Below are positions 19,560-29,971 of a stretch of 32,000 bases of DNA, in pieces. Position 1 is the stretch's first letter, and every line of letters starts with the position of its first letter. The notes below the pieces were generated by a model that was not told the DNA's origin, did not search any database, and saw only the letters and a program-made list of their open reading frames with translations. The translations under genes and the position numbers were made by a program. This stretch comes from Candidatus Saccharimonadota bacterium (GTDB lineage: Bacteria; Patescibacteriota; Gracilibacteria; BD1-5; UBA2023): contig BAAFHK010000001.1 in assembly GCA_042852035.1 (NCBI GenBank), positions 600,001 to 632,000 of the forward strand. The letters are read 5' to 3'.

Positions 19560-20468
19560 CTAGCTTCAGCGAGCATGTTTCCTCAGGGAGTAATAAAGCA
19601 TTCCAACAAGGAAAGTATATGAAAAAATCATATCTATCCTCCCCGAAAAAAGACTCACCAAGAGAGCAAAGCCTCAGAAACTTATATAAGCGCCGAGGGC
19701 AAATCTCGCTCGTTCAAAAATCGAAAGAAAGAGAAGTTTCTTAAGAAAGAAAGAGATACCAATTATTGATAGAAAAATATAGAATGCTATATGTATTTTT
19801 CCTACGGCGATAAACTGGAACAAGTAGATTGCAATAAGAAAAATACCCCATTTCATTCAAGTAGAAGTGGAGAGAATAAATTTTTTCTGGAGAAAAGAAA
19901 ATCGAGAAAATCAAAGTAAAAGAAAAATACCCCCAAAGAAGCAGATATAAAGAATCAACGAAATACTTCCCTGCCATGATAGTGCTAGCATTGGCATGAA
20001 CACAAAAGTATTGAGAACTCCGATTGCAAACCACTTCCTGGAAACTAATGATATATCTCAATTTTTTGCAAAAAAATACTCAGCAAGAATGATTGGAAAA
20101 AGTACTGAAAAAAAAGCATGCCAAGGAAGAATCATTATCAACCATGACCAATTAATTCAAAAAAAGTTGCTCAATGTTTGGAATCATCAGAAAGGAACAG
20201 GGCTCGTAGCAAGAAGTGTTTTAGCAATGAGTCACTCATTAAATATTCCATAAGCAATACCAAGAAAATAGACTCAAAGGGATGAAATTTTGTACCTTAT
20301 TTTAAATTCCCATATAAGAATTATTGGTACGCCATAAGCAAGAACTAAGAAAAAGAAATCAACAGGGTTTGCAAACTTCATAATCGGAGTATTTCCAGAA
20401 AGAAGTTCGGCAAAGAGTCATGGTACAACGAGGAGAAAAAATAGGAGATAGCGTTTATTCTCGGGCAT
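19560..20468 (-). CDS. Polytopic membrane protein (302 aa), family not recognised
   Basis: The frame is open from ATG 20466-20468 to TAG 19560-19562 with TGA=Gly. The sequence is MPENKRYLLFFLLVVP[G]LFAELLSGNTP...VLAYGVPIILIWEF...GIAYGIFNE[G]LIAK..., with at least 7 hydrophobic segments. Confidence 0.6.
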
Positions 20469-20479
20469 AGAAAAAAAGA

Positions 20480-21211
20480 TTATCCATTTGACTTCTCATA
20501 GATGAGTGGCAGATCCCAAGCGGTAATTATTCCATCTATTGAATCCTTCGGTGTGCCAGATTTTGTCAAAAATATTGCTCAGAGTTTCTTTCTATTTTTA
20601 CTATACTCCCTGAAGTATTTATCTATATCACTCACTTTAGTATCGTTTGGAATAAAAAGATACTCTGCATTTTTTGTATCTATCTGGATATCACGTATCG
20701 GCGTATCTCGACCGAGTGGTCACTCTCATTTTGTGAGCCAAAGCACAAGTGACTTCATCGAAAAAACTCATCGAAACTCACCCAAGTCAGTATATATAGG
20801 TACATGGGAAAAACTTCGTATTCCCATTGCTTCAATAAGAATCTCTACCGTATCACTCTCTTTTCCAACGAATATTTTTTTTCCAAAAATATCTATCGCG
20901 CGAGTATGGAAGTTTTGCTCCATTTGAGTAATTCCGATAACAATAAGTCCAAGTCTTTCTATAGTCTCGATTGGAACCTCTATCCAATCATTTTTATGGA
21001 TAAGAATATTTCGGATAGCGTTAATAGTTTTGAGATCACTCCCATAGGTATCATTAAGTTTATCGAAAAAAATCGAATGTTCAGATCGCTCTCGAATTTC
21101 CGCAAGACAAAGAGAAAAATCTGTCTTGTCACCAACATCAAGGAGTTTAATAAGGAGAGCATGAAGCTCATTAAAGGCTGTATTAAAAGTAAGTATGTGA
21201 TTCTTAGACAT
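20480..21211 (-). CDS. HEPN-like N-terminal domain fused to a tandem CBS pair (243 aa)
   Basis: The N-terminal ~95 aa are helical and end in LKTINAIRNILIHKNDW, an Rx4H motif in the RN..H context typical of Swt1/Abi-type HEPN domains. Two CBS motifs follow: (1) AIDIFGKKIFVGKESDTVEILIEAMGIRSFSHVPIYTDLGEFR[G]VFS; (2) TPIRDIQID...YLFIPNDTKVSDI...L[G]AIFLTKSGTPKDSIDGIITAWDL. The ATG is 4 nt after the upstream stop. Confidence 0.55.
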
Positions 21212-21215
21212 GCTA

Positions 21216-23165
21216 TTATTTTTTATTTTTGACGAGTGCAAGACCATAAATTCAACCTGCGTAGGTAGTATTTTCCTTATCTGTAGATGATGATTCAATG
21301 TATCGAGGATTTTTTACTGAAAAAGACTGCAGAAGGAGCTTAATTTCAACTGTATCATCTCAAACATCGAAAGTAATATCATCTTGAGAAACATTTGGAA
21401 GGGTTGAAGAATCGAGAAGTTTTTCAGGGATTTTTAGTGCAAATGTACGTGCAATTCAACTAGCGGTAAAATATGAAACCTCTCTTGTATCAATATTCAC
21501 CGATACATATGGGTAAACTATCTCTGATGTTTGCCATTTAGCGTCCACCATATTCATCACTTGAACAACACGGTTATAACCCGTTACAGTAATGGGAAAT
21601 TGATGGGTTTGAGAGTCAACATTATAGGAGAGGTATTCTTGCTCAGGAAAATATTTTTTTTCATCGTCATAAGCATATTGATTGACTTTTATTTCGGTTA
21701 TAATACCGCTCTGGATTTCCCAGTAGTAAGGACCTGGGTAAGTAGCTCCTGTATTATTCCTGTTCCATCTTTCCCAGTCACTTTTTGATTTTTCTTCTAT
21801 TTTCTTTATTTGGTCAGGGAAAATCTCTCTCACGCGCATACAATTATCAAATTGACAGAGGTAATCTATTCCAGAAGCAATATCTGTAGAGAGCTCTTTG
21901 GAGATGTCTCGCTCACTCGAAAGTGGTACAATCTTACCATTTTGAAGGATTTTTGCTTCCTGGAGATTTCATATTAATCGCATCTCTTGACGATAAAATG
22001 GATATGAAAATACGCTCCAAGGACCGAGAGAAATCACGAAAGAAATTAGAGCGAGCGATGCAGGAATGAATGCAAGAAGTGCTGAACGGCGAAGAGTAAA
22101 ATAAAGTGAAGTCACAAAAAGCCAGACACCGAAGGTAACTACAAAATATCGATTCATGGTGAGATCGTACTGATATATGCGAAGTCCTATCGCATAAAAA
22201 AGCATGGCAAGCTGAGGAATAACAACAAATGGAAACCATTTTCTGAAAAAATGTATTAAAGGGCTCATATCTTCGTATGCCTTCGAAAATATATACGTTC
22301 AGTATCCAAAACTCGAGAACCCAATAACAAGCCATGAAACTATACCGCGAGGCCAATCCGAGAAATTGAGTAGAACCTTTATGCTATAGGCATAAAGGAT
22401 AATAAAGTAGATATATACCGCTGGCGTAGCGACGTAGCGAATAAGAAAGGAGAAGAAACGATTCATTTCGTATTGATTCTTCTCAATGCTTTCAAGGCGA
22501 GGAAATTCTCTGAGTCCATACATAGGAGCAATGAATGCAAGAGAAAATGTTATCCATATTCCATAATATTTTTCTTCATCAATAATTGAACTAAGTTCAA
22601 AGAGTGAAACTACCGAACCAATAGCAATAGATCCAAGAAGAACCAATGAAACTCATACGATACTGGACATAAGAAATGTCCAAGCTACTCGAGAGTAATA
22701 ATTAGAGTACTCTCGGTTTTGGATATTTCTCTCTTTTTCTCAGAGAGAAAATATTTTTGTAAGGTAGGGTAGGAAAAAAGCAAAAGAAATAAAGCCAACA
22801 AGATGAAGAATAAAATAAGTAAATCACTGAAGGGAGTAATTTTGACCAAACTTTACCGTAAAATAAAATATTACTCAGTATACTATAGGGAGTAATGGAA
22901 ATCTTCTATCAAGGATTCTTTTATGTGAATTTGATTCAAAAAAAAGAGCAACCCCAAGTGAGAGAAAAAAGGTTAAAACCAATGAGGTAACTGTTCGAGC
23001 TATAGTATCCTCTTCGATTGATTGTCCTGGGGCATCTTCAATAATTTTATATGAAATATATATCGTCAATGCAAGGCTTATAAAAGCCGCCTGCAGAAAC
23101 CGCGAAAGAATATCTCGTACACTCATTAGAAGTTGCTCACGAGAAAAAAATTGAGAGAGTTTCAT
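21216..23165 (-). CDS. Large polytopic membrane protein (649 aa) with a ~270-aa C-terminal soluble domain
   Basis: ORF-track pieces 22875..23171, 22299..22646, 21969..22268 and 21456..21839 are all in one frame and are joined through TGA. The N-terminal ~380 aa are highly hydrophobic, with about 10 TM segments. The C-terminal part (MRVREIFPDQIKK...YYWEIQSG...) has no family I recognise. Confidence 0.65.
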
Positions 23166-23192
23166 AACCAAAGATATTAAAAAACAAAATCA

Positions 23193-23897
23193 TTAAGATG
23201 CAAGCTTGAGGATCTCTTCAAAAAGCTCTACAAAATGTGACTGACCGATAAAGTGCCCCCTATCATGAAATGTGTGTAGCACCGAACCAATTGTAGAAAT
23301 ATGATATCGCACTGAATGGTCATAAGGAACAATAGTATCATCTGTCGATCCCCATATGTGTATATGAGGTATTGCCTTGTGAAGATGTGGGAGTCCGGCA
23401 TGAGAGAAGGCAAAAGAGCCAACTGATTCACCATCATTAAGTCAATTATTATCGAGTACTGGAGCTATAAGATGAAGTGCGTCGACTCAACGTGGAAATC
23501 CACTTTCAGAGAGATATTTCATAAGAAAAATCGCACCAAGAGAATGCCCAACAAGAACAAGCTTCTTGAGATCTTTCTCATGTTCCTTCTTCTCAGCTAT
23601 TCTTTCCATCGTAGTCTTGGTTGAAGAAAGTTTTTCGATTCCCTGAATATGAGGAAAATATTTTTCGAACCAAACCTTCCATTCACCATATTTTGCATTC
23701 ATAGTATTTGGCATATCAACTCTGATAGTCTCAAAATTATCAGAGAGCCCTTCCGAAAGCCATTTTTTCCAACTTGGTTTTTTTTCTGTGACATCCCAGT
23801 TACAATCTATAAGCCATTTGAGTGCTTCAAGATCATTATTAAATGAATTCCCTCCATCGATTAAAATAATTTGATGTTTTTGAATGTTCGCTTGCAT
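23193..23897 (-). CDS. Free-standing alpha/beta-fold serine hydrolase (YdeN/RBBP9-like), 234 aa
   Basis: The sequence is QIILIDGGNSF...KKLVLVGHSLGAIFLMKYL...[TGA=G]VDALHLIAPV...IHIWGSTDDTIVPY...FHDRGHF, a Ser/Asp/His triad in canonical order. It ends in TAA at 23193-23195. Confidence 0.7.
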
Positions 23898-23933
23898 ACC
23901 GTAAAATGATAATTTTTATAAGTATATCCAATT

Positions 23934-24053
23934 CTATGCAAATGCAAATGACAGAATCGCAAGAATCATACAAAGAAATACAAATATCTTCCGTTGTGTT
24001 ACTTTTTCTTTGAGCACAAGAACCCCATAGATTGCAGTAATAATAGCATGCAT
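23934..24053 (-). pseudogene. Possible relic of an EamA/DMT transporter C-terminus (39-aa ORF)
   Basis: MHAIITAIYGVLVLKEKVTQRKIFVFLCMILAILSFAFA* looks like the last two helices of an EamA repeat (..G.L.L.E.ht....iG..li..g). An in-frame TAG about 15 codons upstream of the Met leaves no room for the rest of such a protein. Confidence 0.25.
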
Positions 24054-24210
24054 TCTTATGGTAAGGTCTGCATTTGAGATATTTCTTAAATCTATATCCT
24101 TATTCTATGTAAAAGATTTCCATCCTGAAAAAAGAAATACTTTTTCGAGTGAAAATTGCATTTTTTATGGAAAATGTGCTACTATAGAATCCATAACATC
24201 TATCTATTCT

Positions 24211-24483
24211 ATGAGTGCTGAATCTTCATCATATACTATTGAAAAAAATACATCAATGGATTATAGAGATCTTATGAAGGATTTCGATGCTATTCCTTGA
24301 TTCCCAAAATTAAGTAGTGAATCCATCTCAAAACTCAATAGCCTTCTTCCCGAAAATCAAAATGGCTTAAAGATAGCACTCTCAGATCAGGCAAGGAACT
24401 TCAATGACTGATTGGGAAGTATAAAAAATAGAGTACGTAGTAGTGAGGCATGAGTTTTTATCGACGGAATTAACGTTGCCTAA
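24211..24483 (+). CDS. Hypothetical small protein (90 aa)
   Basis: The frame runs from ATG 24211 through two TGAs to TAA 24481-24483: MSAESSSYTIEKNTSMDYRDLMKDFDAIP[G]FPKLSSESISKLNSLLPENQNGLKIALSDQARNFND[G]LGSIKNRVRSSEA[G]VFIDGINVA. Confidence 0.4.
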
Positions 24484-24485
24484 AT

Positions 24486-24896
24486 GTGGATAATTTTAAA
24501 TTTCTTTCACTTCTTGAGTCCACACCAATAAGCACTGAGGATAAGCATAATCTCTCGACCATTTTTCATGCACTTTCTGATTCAAGAAAACAAGACATTA
24601 TGGACCACTGGGATCTCTATCTCGGAAAAATCCTAGAAATTCATCAAAAGGGGGAAGAAGAAAAACAATTGCTTATAGCTTCAACATTCCAAAATATCAA
24701 TAAGCTGATTGACGAGGCATATATCCGTGATCAAGAAATGAGAAAAATTAAGGCACTTGAAGCAAAACAAAGAGAGAATGAAATGCTTGCAATGATGCAA
24801 TATAACCAAGAGAAACGACTCAGAATGATAAAAAATCTCAGTGAAAAAGAGTCAGAAGCCAGAAGCATTCTCGAAGATCCACTTACTTATCTCTAA
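24486..24896 (+). CDS. Hypothetical coiled-coil protein (136 aa), GTG start
   Basis: An intact ORF ending in TAA, starting 2 nt after the previous stop. The C-terminal half is rich in E/K/R/Q heptad-like sequence (IRDQEMRKIKALEAKQRENEMLAMMQYNQEKRLRMIKNLSEKESEARS). Confidence 0.5.
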   Translation: MDNFKFLSLLESTPISTEDKHNLSTIFHALSDSRKQDIMDHWDLYLGKILEIHQKGEEEKQLLIASTFQNINKLIDEAYIRDQEMRKIKALEAKQRENEMLAMMQYNQEKRLRMIKNLSEKESEARSILEDPLTYL

Positions 24897-24897
24897 T

Positions 24898-25143
24898 ATG
24901 AACAAATTCCTCTTAGAACATATCCCGAATTGGAAAAGATTCTGTGAAATACATCATCCAAAAAAGAATTTTATTCAATCATTTACCGAAAGACTAGAAC
25001 TCATAGAAGATGAGGAGTTACGAATTCTTGTCTCAAAAAAAATCAATGTTGAACTTGGAATCCTATTGTTAGGTCATAAAGAAATAGATGAATGAGTAGT
25101 GAGTGAGATGCTGAATTCAATTCAAGAAAAGAATGAATCATAA
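24898..25143 (+). CDS. Hypothetical small protein (81 aa)
   Basis: The ATG at 24898 is 1 nt after the previous stop. The sequence is MNKFLLEHIPNWKRFCEIHHPKKNF...GHKEIDE[G]VVSEMLNSIQEKNES, ending in TAA at 25141-25143. Confidence 0.45.
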
Positions 25144-25202
25144 AGGTTTAAGTCGTTATATCATATTTTGACAAAACAAAATGGTTCTATAGACTTTGCT
25201 AT

Positions 25203-25769
25203 ATGTTTAAAAAAATACGAAACACTGCACTGAGTTTGTGGATAGGAATTGTTATAGGTTTAGCATATTACGTAGCTATGCATCGCGATCTTTTAGATCC
25301 CGAGAATCTTCTTCTTTTCTTTCAAAGCTTTTGATCGTGAGCCATAGTAATTCTTATTATAGCTTCTTTTATTCGTGGACTCGTACTTCTCCCGAGTACA
25401 CCACTCGTGCTAGTGGGTGTTCTTTTTTTTCCAGATAACCCCATTTTAGTATTTTTTATTTCTATGTTAGGGATTGTTTTTTCTGGGATTCTTATTTATA
25501 AATTCTCAGATGTAATGGGATTTGATGAATTTTTTGCAAAATACCTCGAAAATCAAAATATCGATAAAATCATCAATACGTACGGATTTTGGGCCATACT
25601 TATTTGGTCGTTTGCACCGGTCGTTATGACAGACCTTATATGTTATGTAGCAGGGATGGTGCGTTATAATTTCATGAAATTTGTCCTCGCACTCGTAATA
25701 GGCGAAAGCGCTATGGTAGCCATCCTTATATGGTGAGGAAGGGAGCTTGTTGCGAAGATTGGCGGCTAA
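25203..25769 (+). CDS. DedA / VTT-domain (TVP38/TMEM64 family) membrane protein (188 aa)
   Basis: The sequence is ...FQSF[G]S[G]AIVILIIASFIRGLVLLPSTPLVLVGVLFF...YGFWAILIWSFAPVVMTDLICYVAGMVRYNFMKFVLALVIGES..., the VTT-domain pattern (P..P......G.lfg ... P..P.d...y.aG......f). Confidence 0.75.
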
Positions 25770-26269
25770 TAATGGGGATTCTGATGAGGAATATGCCCTC
25801 TCTTCCAATATTCAATAACGAATTCCTCTCTTTTATCTTGGGAGACTTTTGTGAATTCTTCCTCAAAATATGGAAATGCCGTATCACCTTCTGGAATCAT
25901 ATCAACTATTGAAAGTATAACCTCGTCTGTTTTCCCAAGTTTAAAAAATTCTTCGTATATCTGAGATCCGCCACAGATAAATGCTCTTTCTACTTGATGA
26001 TCTCATAAATACAGCTCGAGCTCATTAATTGAGTGCATTACTGTTAAGCCTGGAAATGTAAAATCTCCTCGCGTAAGAACAATATTCTCACGACCCGGAA
26101 GAATCCGACTAATAGAATCAAAAGTTTTTCGACCCATTATAATTGGATATCATTGGGTTGTTTGCTTAAAATGTTGAAAATCCTCAGGGATATACCATGG
26201 GATTTTTCCATTATTTCCTATTATACGATTTCGAGCCATAGCGGCGATGGCAATAAACTTTGTAGACAT
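25766..26269 (-). CDS. folA: Dihydrofolate reductase (167 aa)
   Basis: The sequence is MSTKFIAIAAMARNRIIGNNGKIPWYIPEDFQHFKQTTQ[G]YPIIMGRKTFDSI...ENIVLTR...AFICGGSQIYEEF. Its TAG stop at 25766-25768 overlaps the convergent DedA stop by 4 nt. Confidence 0.9.
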
Positions 26270-26302
26270 AGAAATGAGTATATTTTTTTATAAAAAGAAA
26301 TC

Positions 26303-26329
26303 AAAAAAGTCCCGTGTAAACCCAGGACT
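26303..26329 (-). terminator. Rho-independent terminator after the riboflavin kinase gene
   Basis: The minus-strand RNA GUCCUG-GGUUUACA-CGGGAC is followed by UUUUUU. Confidence 0.5.
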
Positions 26330-26343
26330 ATTCTTATATATCA

Positions 26344-26727
26344 TTACTCTCCTTCATTATTCTTACTGATCCAATTCTGCATCACTTCCCTATCTTTCTC
26401 AATTTGAGATTTTAATGCTTCAATTCCAGAAAATTTTTGGTTTTCACGAATAAGAAACAAGGGAGTAACGGTGATAATTTCTCCATAAATATCTTGAGAA
26501 AAGTCAAAAAGATGCGCCTCAAAAAGCTCTTGACTCCTTAAGTAGACTCCAATTCCATAATAGCTCTTACCATCGACGAAAACCTTGAGTCCATATGTGC
26601 CGTCAGAAAGAACTGTACAACTAGAGTCGAGTTTTACATTTGCCGTTGGAAAGCCTATGGTTCTTCCAAGATGTTTCCCATGGATTACAAGGGAAGAAAA
26701 AGATGGGAAAATCATTTTTTGACTCAT
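26344..26727 (-). CDS. Monofunctional riboflavin kinase (RibF C-terminal-domain type), 127 aa
   Basis: An intact ORF: ...LVIHGKHLGRTIGFPTANVKLD...DGTYGLKVFVDGKSYYGIGVY...LFEAHLFDFSQDIYGEIITVTPLFLIRENQKFSGIEALKSQIEKD. Confidence 0.8.
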   Translation of the reverse strand: MSQKMIFPSFSSLVIHGKHLGRTIGFPTANVKLDSSCTVLSDGTYGLKVFVDGKSYYGIGVYLRSQELFEAHLFDFSQDIYGEIITVTPLFLIRENQKFSGIEALKSQIEKDREVMQNWISKNNEGE

Positions 26728-26770
26728 AAATTAAAAACTGAAGAACTCGCCCAATAAACTTGAATCAAAA

Positions 26771-27691
26771 TTAATCATGGGGGAAATTCCCCTCAATAGT
26801 TTTTTGGTGAGCCAACTTTGTTACCATGTACATGGAACCAATAAGTACTCCCATAGCAATATATTGGGAAGGAGCAAAGACTGTATGGTAGACAAAATAG
26901 TCAACAAAAACAGCAACAATAGGCCATGTGAGCTCAAGAATAGCAGAGACATGAACTGGTACTATTTTTAATCATCTATAGTAGATATACATAGCAACAA
27001 GTCCTGTGGATAGGGCTATAAAGAAAAGATATAACCACTCTGAATTTGTTGGCATCCTAAATCAAGAATTCCAATCTGGAATAAAAAGAAGTCAAATTGA
27101 AATAAGAATTGTCGTGATAGTAAATCGCATAAACGTTACCACTTCAGGAGAATGGTTCTTGAGAAGGTACTTTGAGAAATTCGTCGATATTCCCCATGAT
27201 GCAGCAGCTCAAAGAGCATAAAGAGCAGCAAGCAATTGTTTTTGACCATCTGGAGAATTTGATACTCCATCTGGAAAGGTTACAAAGTATCCAGAAATAA
27301 GAGCAAGGAGAATAAAGGCAAGTGAAAGTTTTGGGATTCTCTCTCTTCCCATAATAACAGCGACACTAATAGCAAAGATTGGTTGGAGTTTTTGTATTAG
27401 AATAGCAACGCTCATGGGTATAAATCCAACCGCTGCAAGCGCCATCGTAAAAAGCAGGGTTCCAATAACTCAAGAAAGAAGAGATACTGAAAAAAGTGAT
27501 ACTTTTTCACTCCTTGAAAGACGAATTTTTCGGAATTCCTTCCAAGCAAATGGTGCTATAAGAACAAATCCTATAAGATGCTCAAAGAAGATAAGTGTCG
27601 AGGAAGGAAGCCCATAAAGTGAACGTCGTAAAAGTCCATCGAGCGCCCAAAGGGTTGCAGCAACAATGATAAGGAGCGGTCAGTATTTCAT
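26771..27691 (-). CDS. EamA/DMT-superfamily transporter (306 aa)
   Basis: The frame runs from ATG 27689-27691 through TGAs to TAA 26771-26773. There are ten hydrophobic segments in two EamA-like halves (...AATLWALDGLL... and ...YIYYR[G]LKIVPVHVSAILELTWPIVAVFVDY...). Confidence 0.8.
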
Positions 27692-27695
27692 AGTA

Positions 27696-28145
27696 TTAGA
27701 GTTTTACAAGTTCCGAAACTAGGTTTAATCCAGAAAGAGCAAAGCCATGACCTATTCTTTCGAGAACTTGTTCCTCCGTATTACAAGTAAGCACTCAAAA
27801 AATAATAGGAGTATCGTATGTAAGAGTAAGATCCATAACTCCACGCGATGTTTCGTTACAGACGTAATCAAAATGAGGAGTATCTCCTCGTATAACTACT
27901 CAAAGAGTAATAATAAGATCGTATTTTTCTGTATCGAGAAGCTTAGAAGCAAAGCCTGGTATCTCAAAAGCTCATGGAACCCAGAAAGTATCAATATTCT
28001 TAAATCCTTGTTCCAGAAGAAATTCTCGATTGGCTTTTTCAAGAGCACTCGTATGTTCAAGATTAAACTCTCCAACAACGAAAGCGATAGAAATTTTTTT
28101 TGATACTTTTTTTAAGTCTTTGAGGGTGGACTTATAGTGAGACAT
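27696..28145 (-). CDS. ribH: 6,7-dimethyl-8-ribityllumazine synthase (149 aa)
   Basis: The sequence is ...[15 protein letters not shown]...TFWVP[TGA=G][12 protein letters not shown]...YDLIITL[G][24 protein letters not shown]...PIIF[G]VLTC.... Confidence 0.9.
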
Positions 28146-28182
28146 AAGAAAATGTTTATTTTTTAAAGCAAAAGTACTATAT

Positions 28183-28779
28183 CTATTTCGTTTCCTTCTG
28201 CAAATAATTTCATGCTTGCTTTGCAACAAGTTTCGCAATCATATCAAATTCAAGATTTACGCTTCAATTTATTTGGACATCAGAAAGGTTTGTCCAATCC
28301 TGCGTAAGAGGAATAAGAGAAACGCTAAATTGCATATCAGTTACTTGAACAACGGTGAGACTTACGCCATTAACACAAATGCTTCATTTTTTAACAATAT
28401 AGGGAAAAAACTCATTTGGATACGATATACTCAGAAGACAGGAACCATCTTCTTTGTACTCTTTTCATACAACTATACCGACTCCGTCAACATGGCCCGT
28501 AACCAGATGTCCATCGATACGATCTGAGAGTTTAAGGGAACGCTCAACGTTAAAAAAGTCTCATTTTTTCTTATCGCAAAGATTCGTAACAGAAAGGCTT
28601 TCTTGCATTACGAAGAACTCATAGTATTCATTCTCAATTTTTGTGAGTGTCATACACGCTCCATCATGAGCAATACTTTGACCAAGAACAAGAGGGTCTT
28701 TAAAGGTATTTTCAACTTGAAAAATCCCGTCTTCCTTCTTAAGAATTTTCGCTTTATGCTCAATAATTCCAGAAAACAT
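28183..28779 (-). CDS. ribE: Riboflavin synthase alpha chain (198 aa)
   Basis: The sequence is MFSGIIEHKAKI...LGQSIAHDGACMTLT...[G]DFFNVERSLKLSDRIDGHLVTGHVDGVGIVV...SICVNGVSLTVV...FSVSLIPLT...NLEFDMIAK. Confidence 0.9.
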
Positions 28780-28790
28780 ATAGAGTATAG

Positions 28791-29969
28791 CTATTCTTTA
28801 CTTTGATAAAAAGAGAAATAAAAGAGGCATGCGAAAAAAAGAAAACCAAATAGTCATGCCGACACCCAATATGGAAGCTCGATATGAATAGCATATAGGA
28901 CTCCAACAATTATTGGTCAAAGAATTCATCAAATTCAGGATACTGAGGTATTCATTCACATCACCCTTCCAGCATGTTTTCAGGCGTCTTTCGAGAGAAG
29001 AGCGGCAACTGATGGACCAAAAGATCCCATTCCGAGAGGAAAAAGTATACCTATAAAATAAACAAGTATCGCATACGGATTAATAGCATAAAGAACAAAT
29101 CATACCGTAAGTATGAAAAATCCTATTTGAATCATTTGCTTTTCATCAAATATTCTTCTTACAAATCTTACGAGAAATCATTGGTAAATAATAGAGGTAA
29201 TTCCAACGACAGCCATCGAGTATCCAATCATCTGTGAATCAAATCAAAACTTATCAGTCGTAAATTGTGATGATCATCATTGCATAGCCGAAAAGCCTAT
29301 TGTCGCAAGAAGAGAAAGGGCAAGCAAAAAATATATTTCACCCGTCATTCTCCATTCAAGAATATCAACATCACTCATTTCAGAAATATGTTCCCTCGGC
29401 TCAGGAAGGCCGTAAATAATCCAGAGGAGATTCGCGATTATTATAACTGTAGAAACCAATAATAGCCCCTCTATTCCAATATATTTCGCAAGAATTCATC
29501 CAATTGCTGGACCAATAAGAAAAGCCATACCAAAAGCAGCACCCATCATTCCCATATTCTTCGTTTTCTCCGCACCCATAGAGATATCAGATATATAGGC
29601 TTGGACGACTCCAAATCAGGCTCCTCCGATACCAGCAACAAAACGAGCCCCAAGATAAAGAAGAAATCCCGTAAACCCTACCGTGCTTCAAAGCTTAAGA
29701 GCAAAGTAGGTTGCGAGATAACCGATGATGTTAATAGATGAGGTTACAATAAGCATATTCTTTCGACCATACTTATCCGAAAGGTTTCCAACAATAGAAC
29801 CTGCAAGAAACATTCCAAAAGAGTAAATGGCCTGAGTCCACATTGACCATGATTCAGCTTGACCAAAATGGGCTGTAATCGCTGGAAAGGAAGGTATAAG
29901 AAGACTCATCCCAAGAATATCGAGAAATGCGGTCGTAAGAATAAGTGGGAGTTGAGATTGAAGTTTCAT
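28791..29969 (-). CDS. MFS transporter (392 aa)
   Basis: The sequence is ...AFLDILGMSLLIPSFP...GSIVGNLSDKYGRKNMLI... (MFS motif A-like G..SD..GRK). It has about 12 hydrophobic segments and a single frame through TGAs. It ends in TAG at 28791-28793, 11 nt before ribE. Confidence 0.8.
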
Positions 29970-29971
29970 AT

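Noticed and set aside
24484-25250. A perfect DnaA-box sequence TGTGGATAA (24486-24494) and a one-mismatch copy TGTGGATAG (25238-25246) were considered as a possible oriC.
   Set aside because: There are only two boxes, about 750 bp apart, and both lie inside or at the start of coding sequences. There is no box cluster, no adjacent AT-rich unwinding element and no dnaA/dnaN nearby.
28780-28800. I looked for an FMN riboswitch in front of ribE/ribH.
   Set aside because: Only 11 nt separate the MFS stop from the ribE start, and no RFN-like sequence is present anywhere in the operon within the window.
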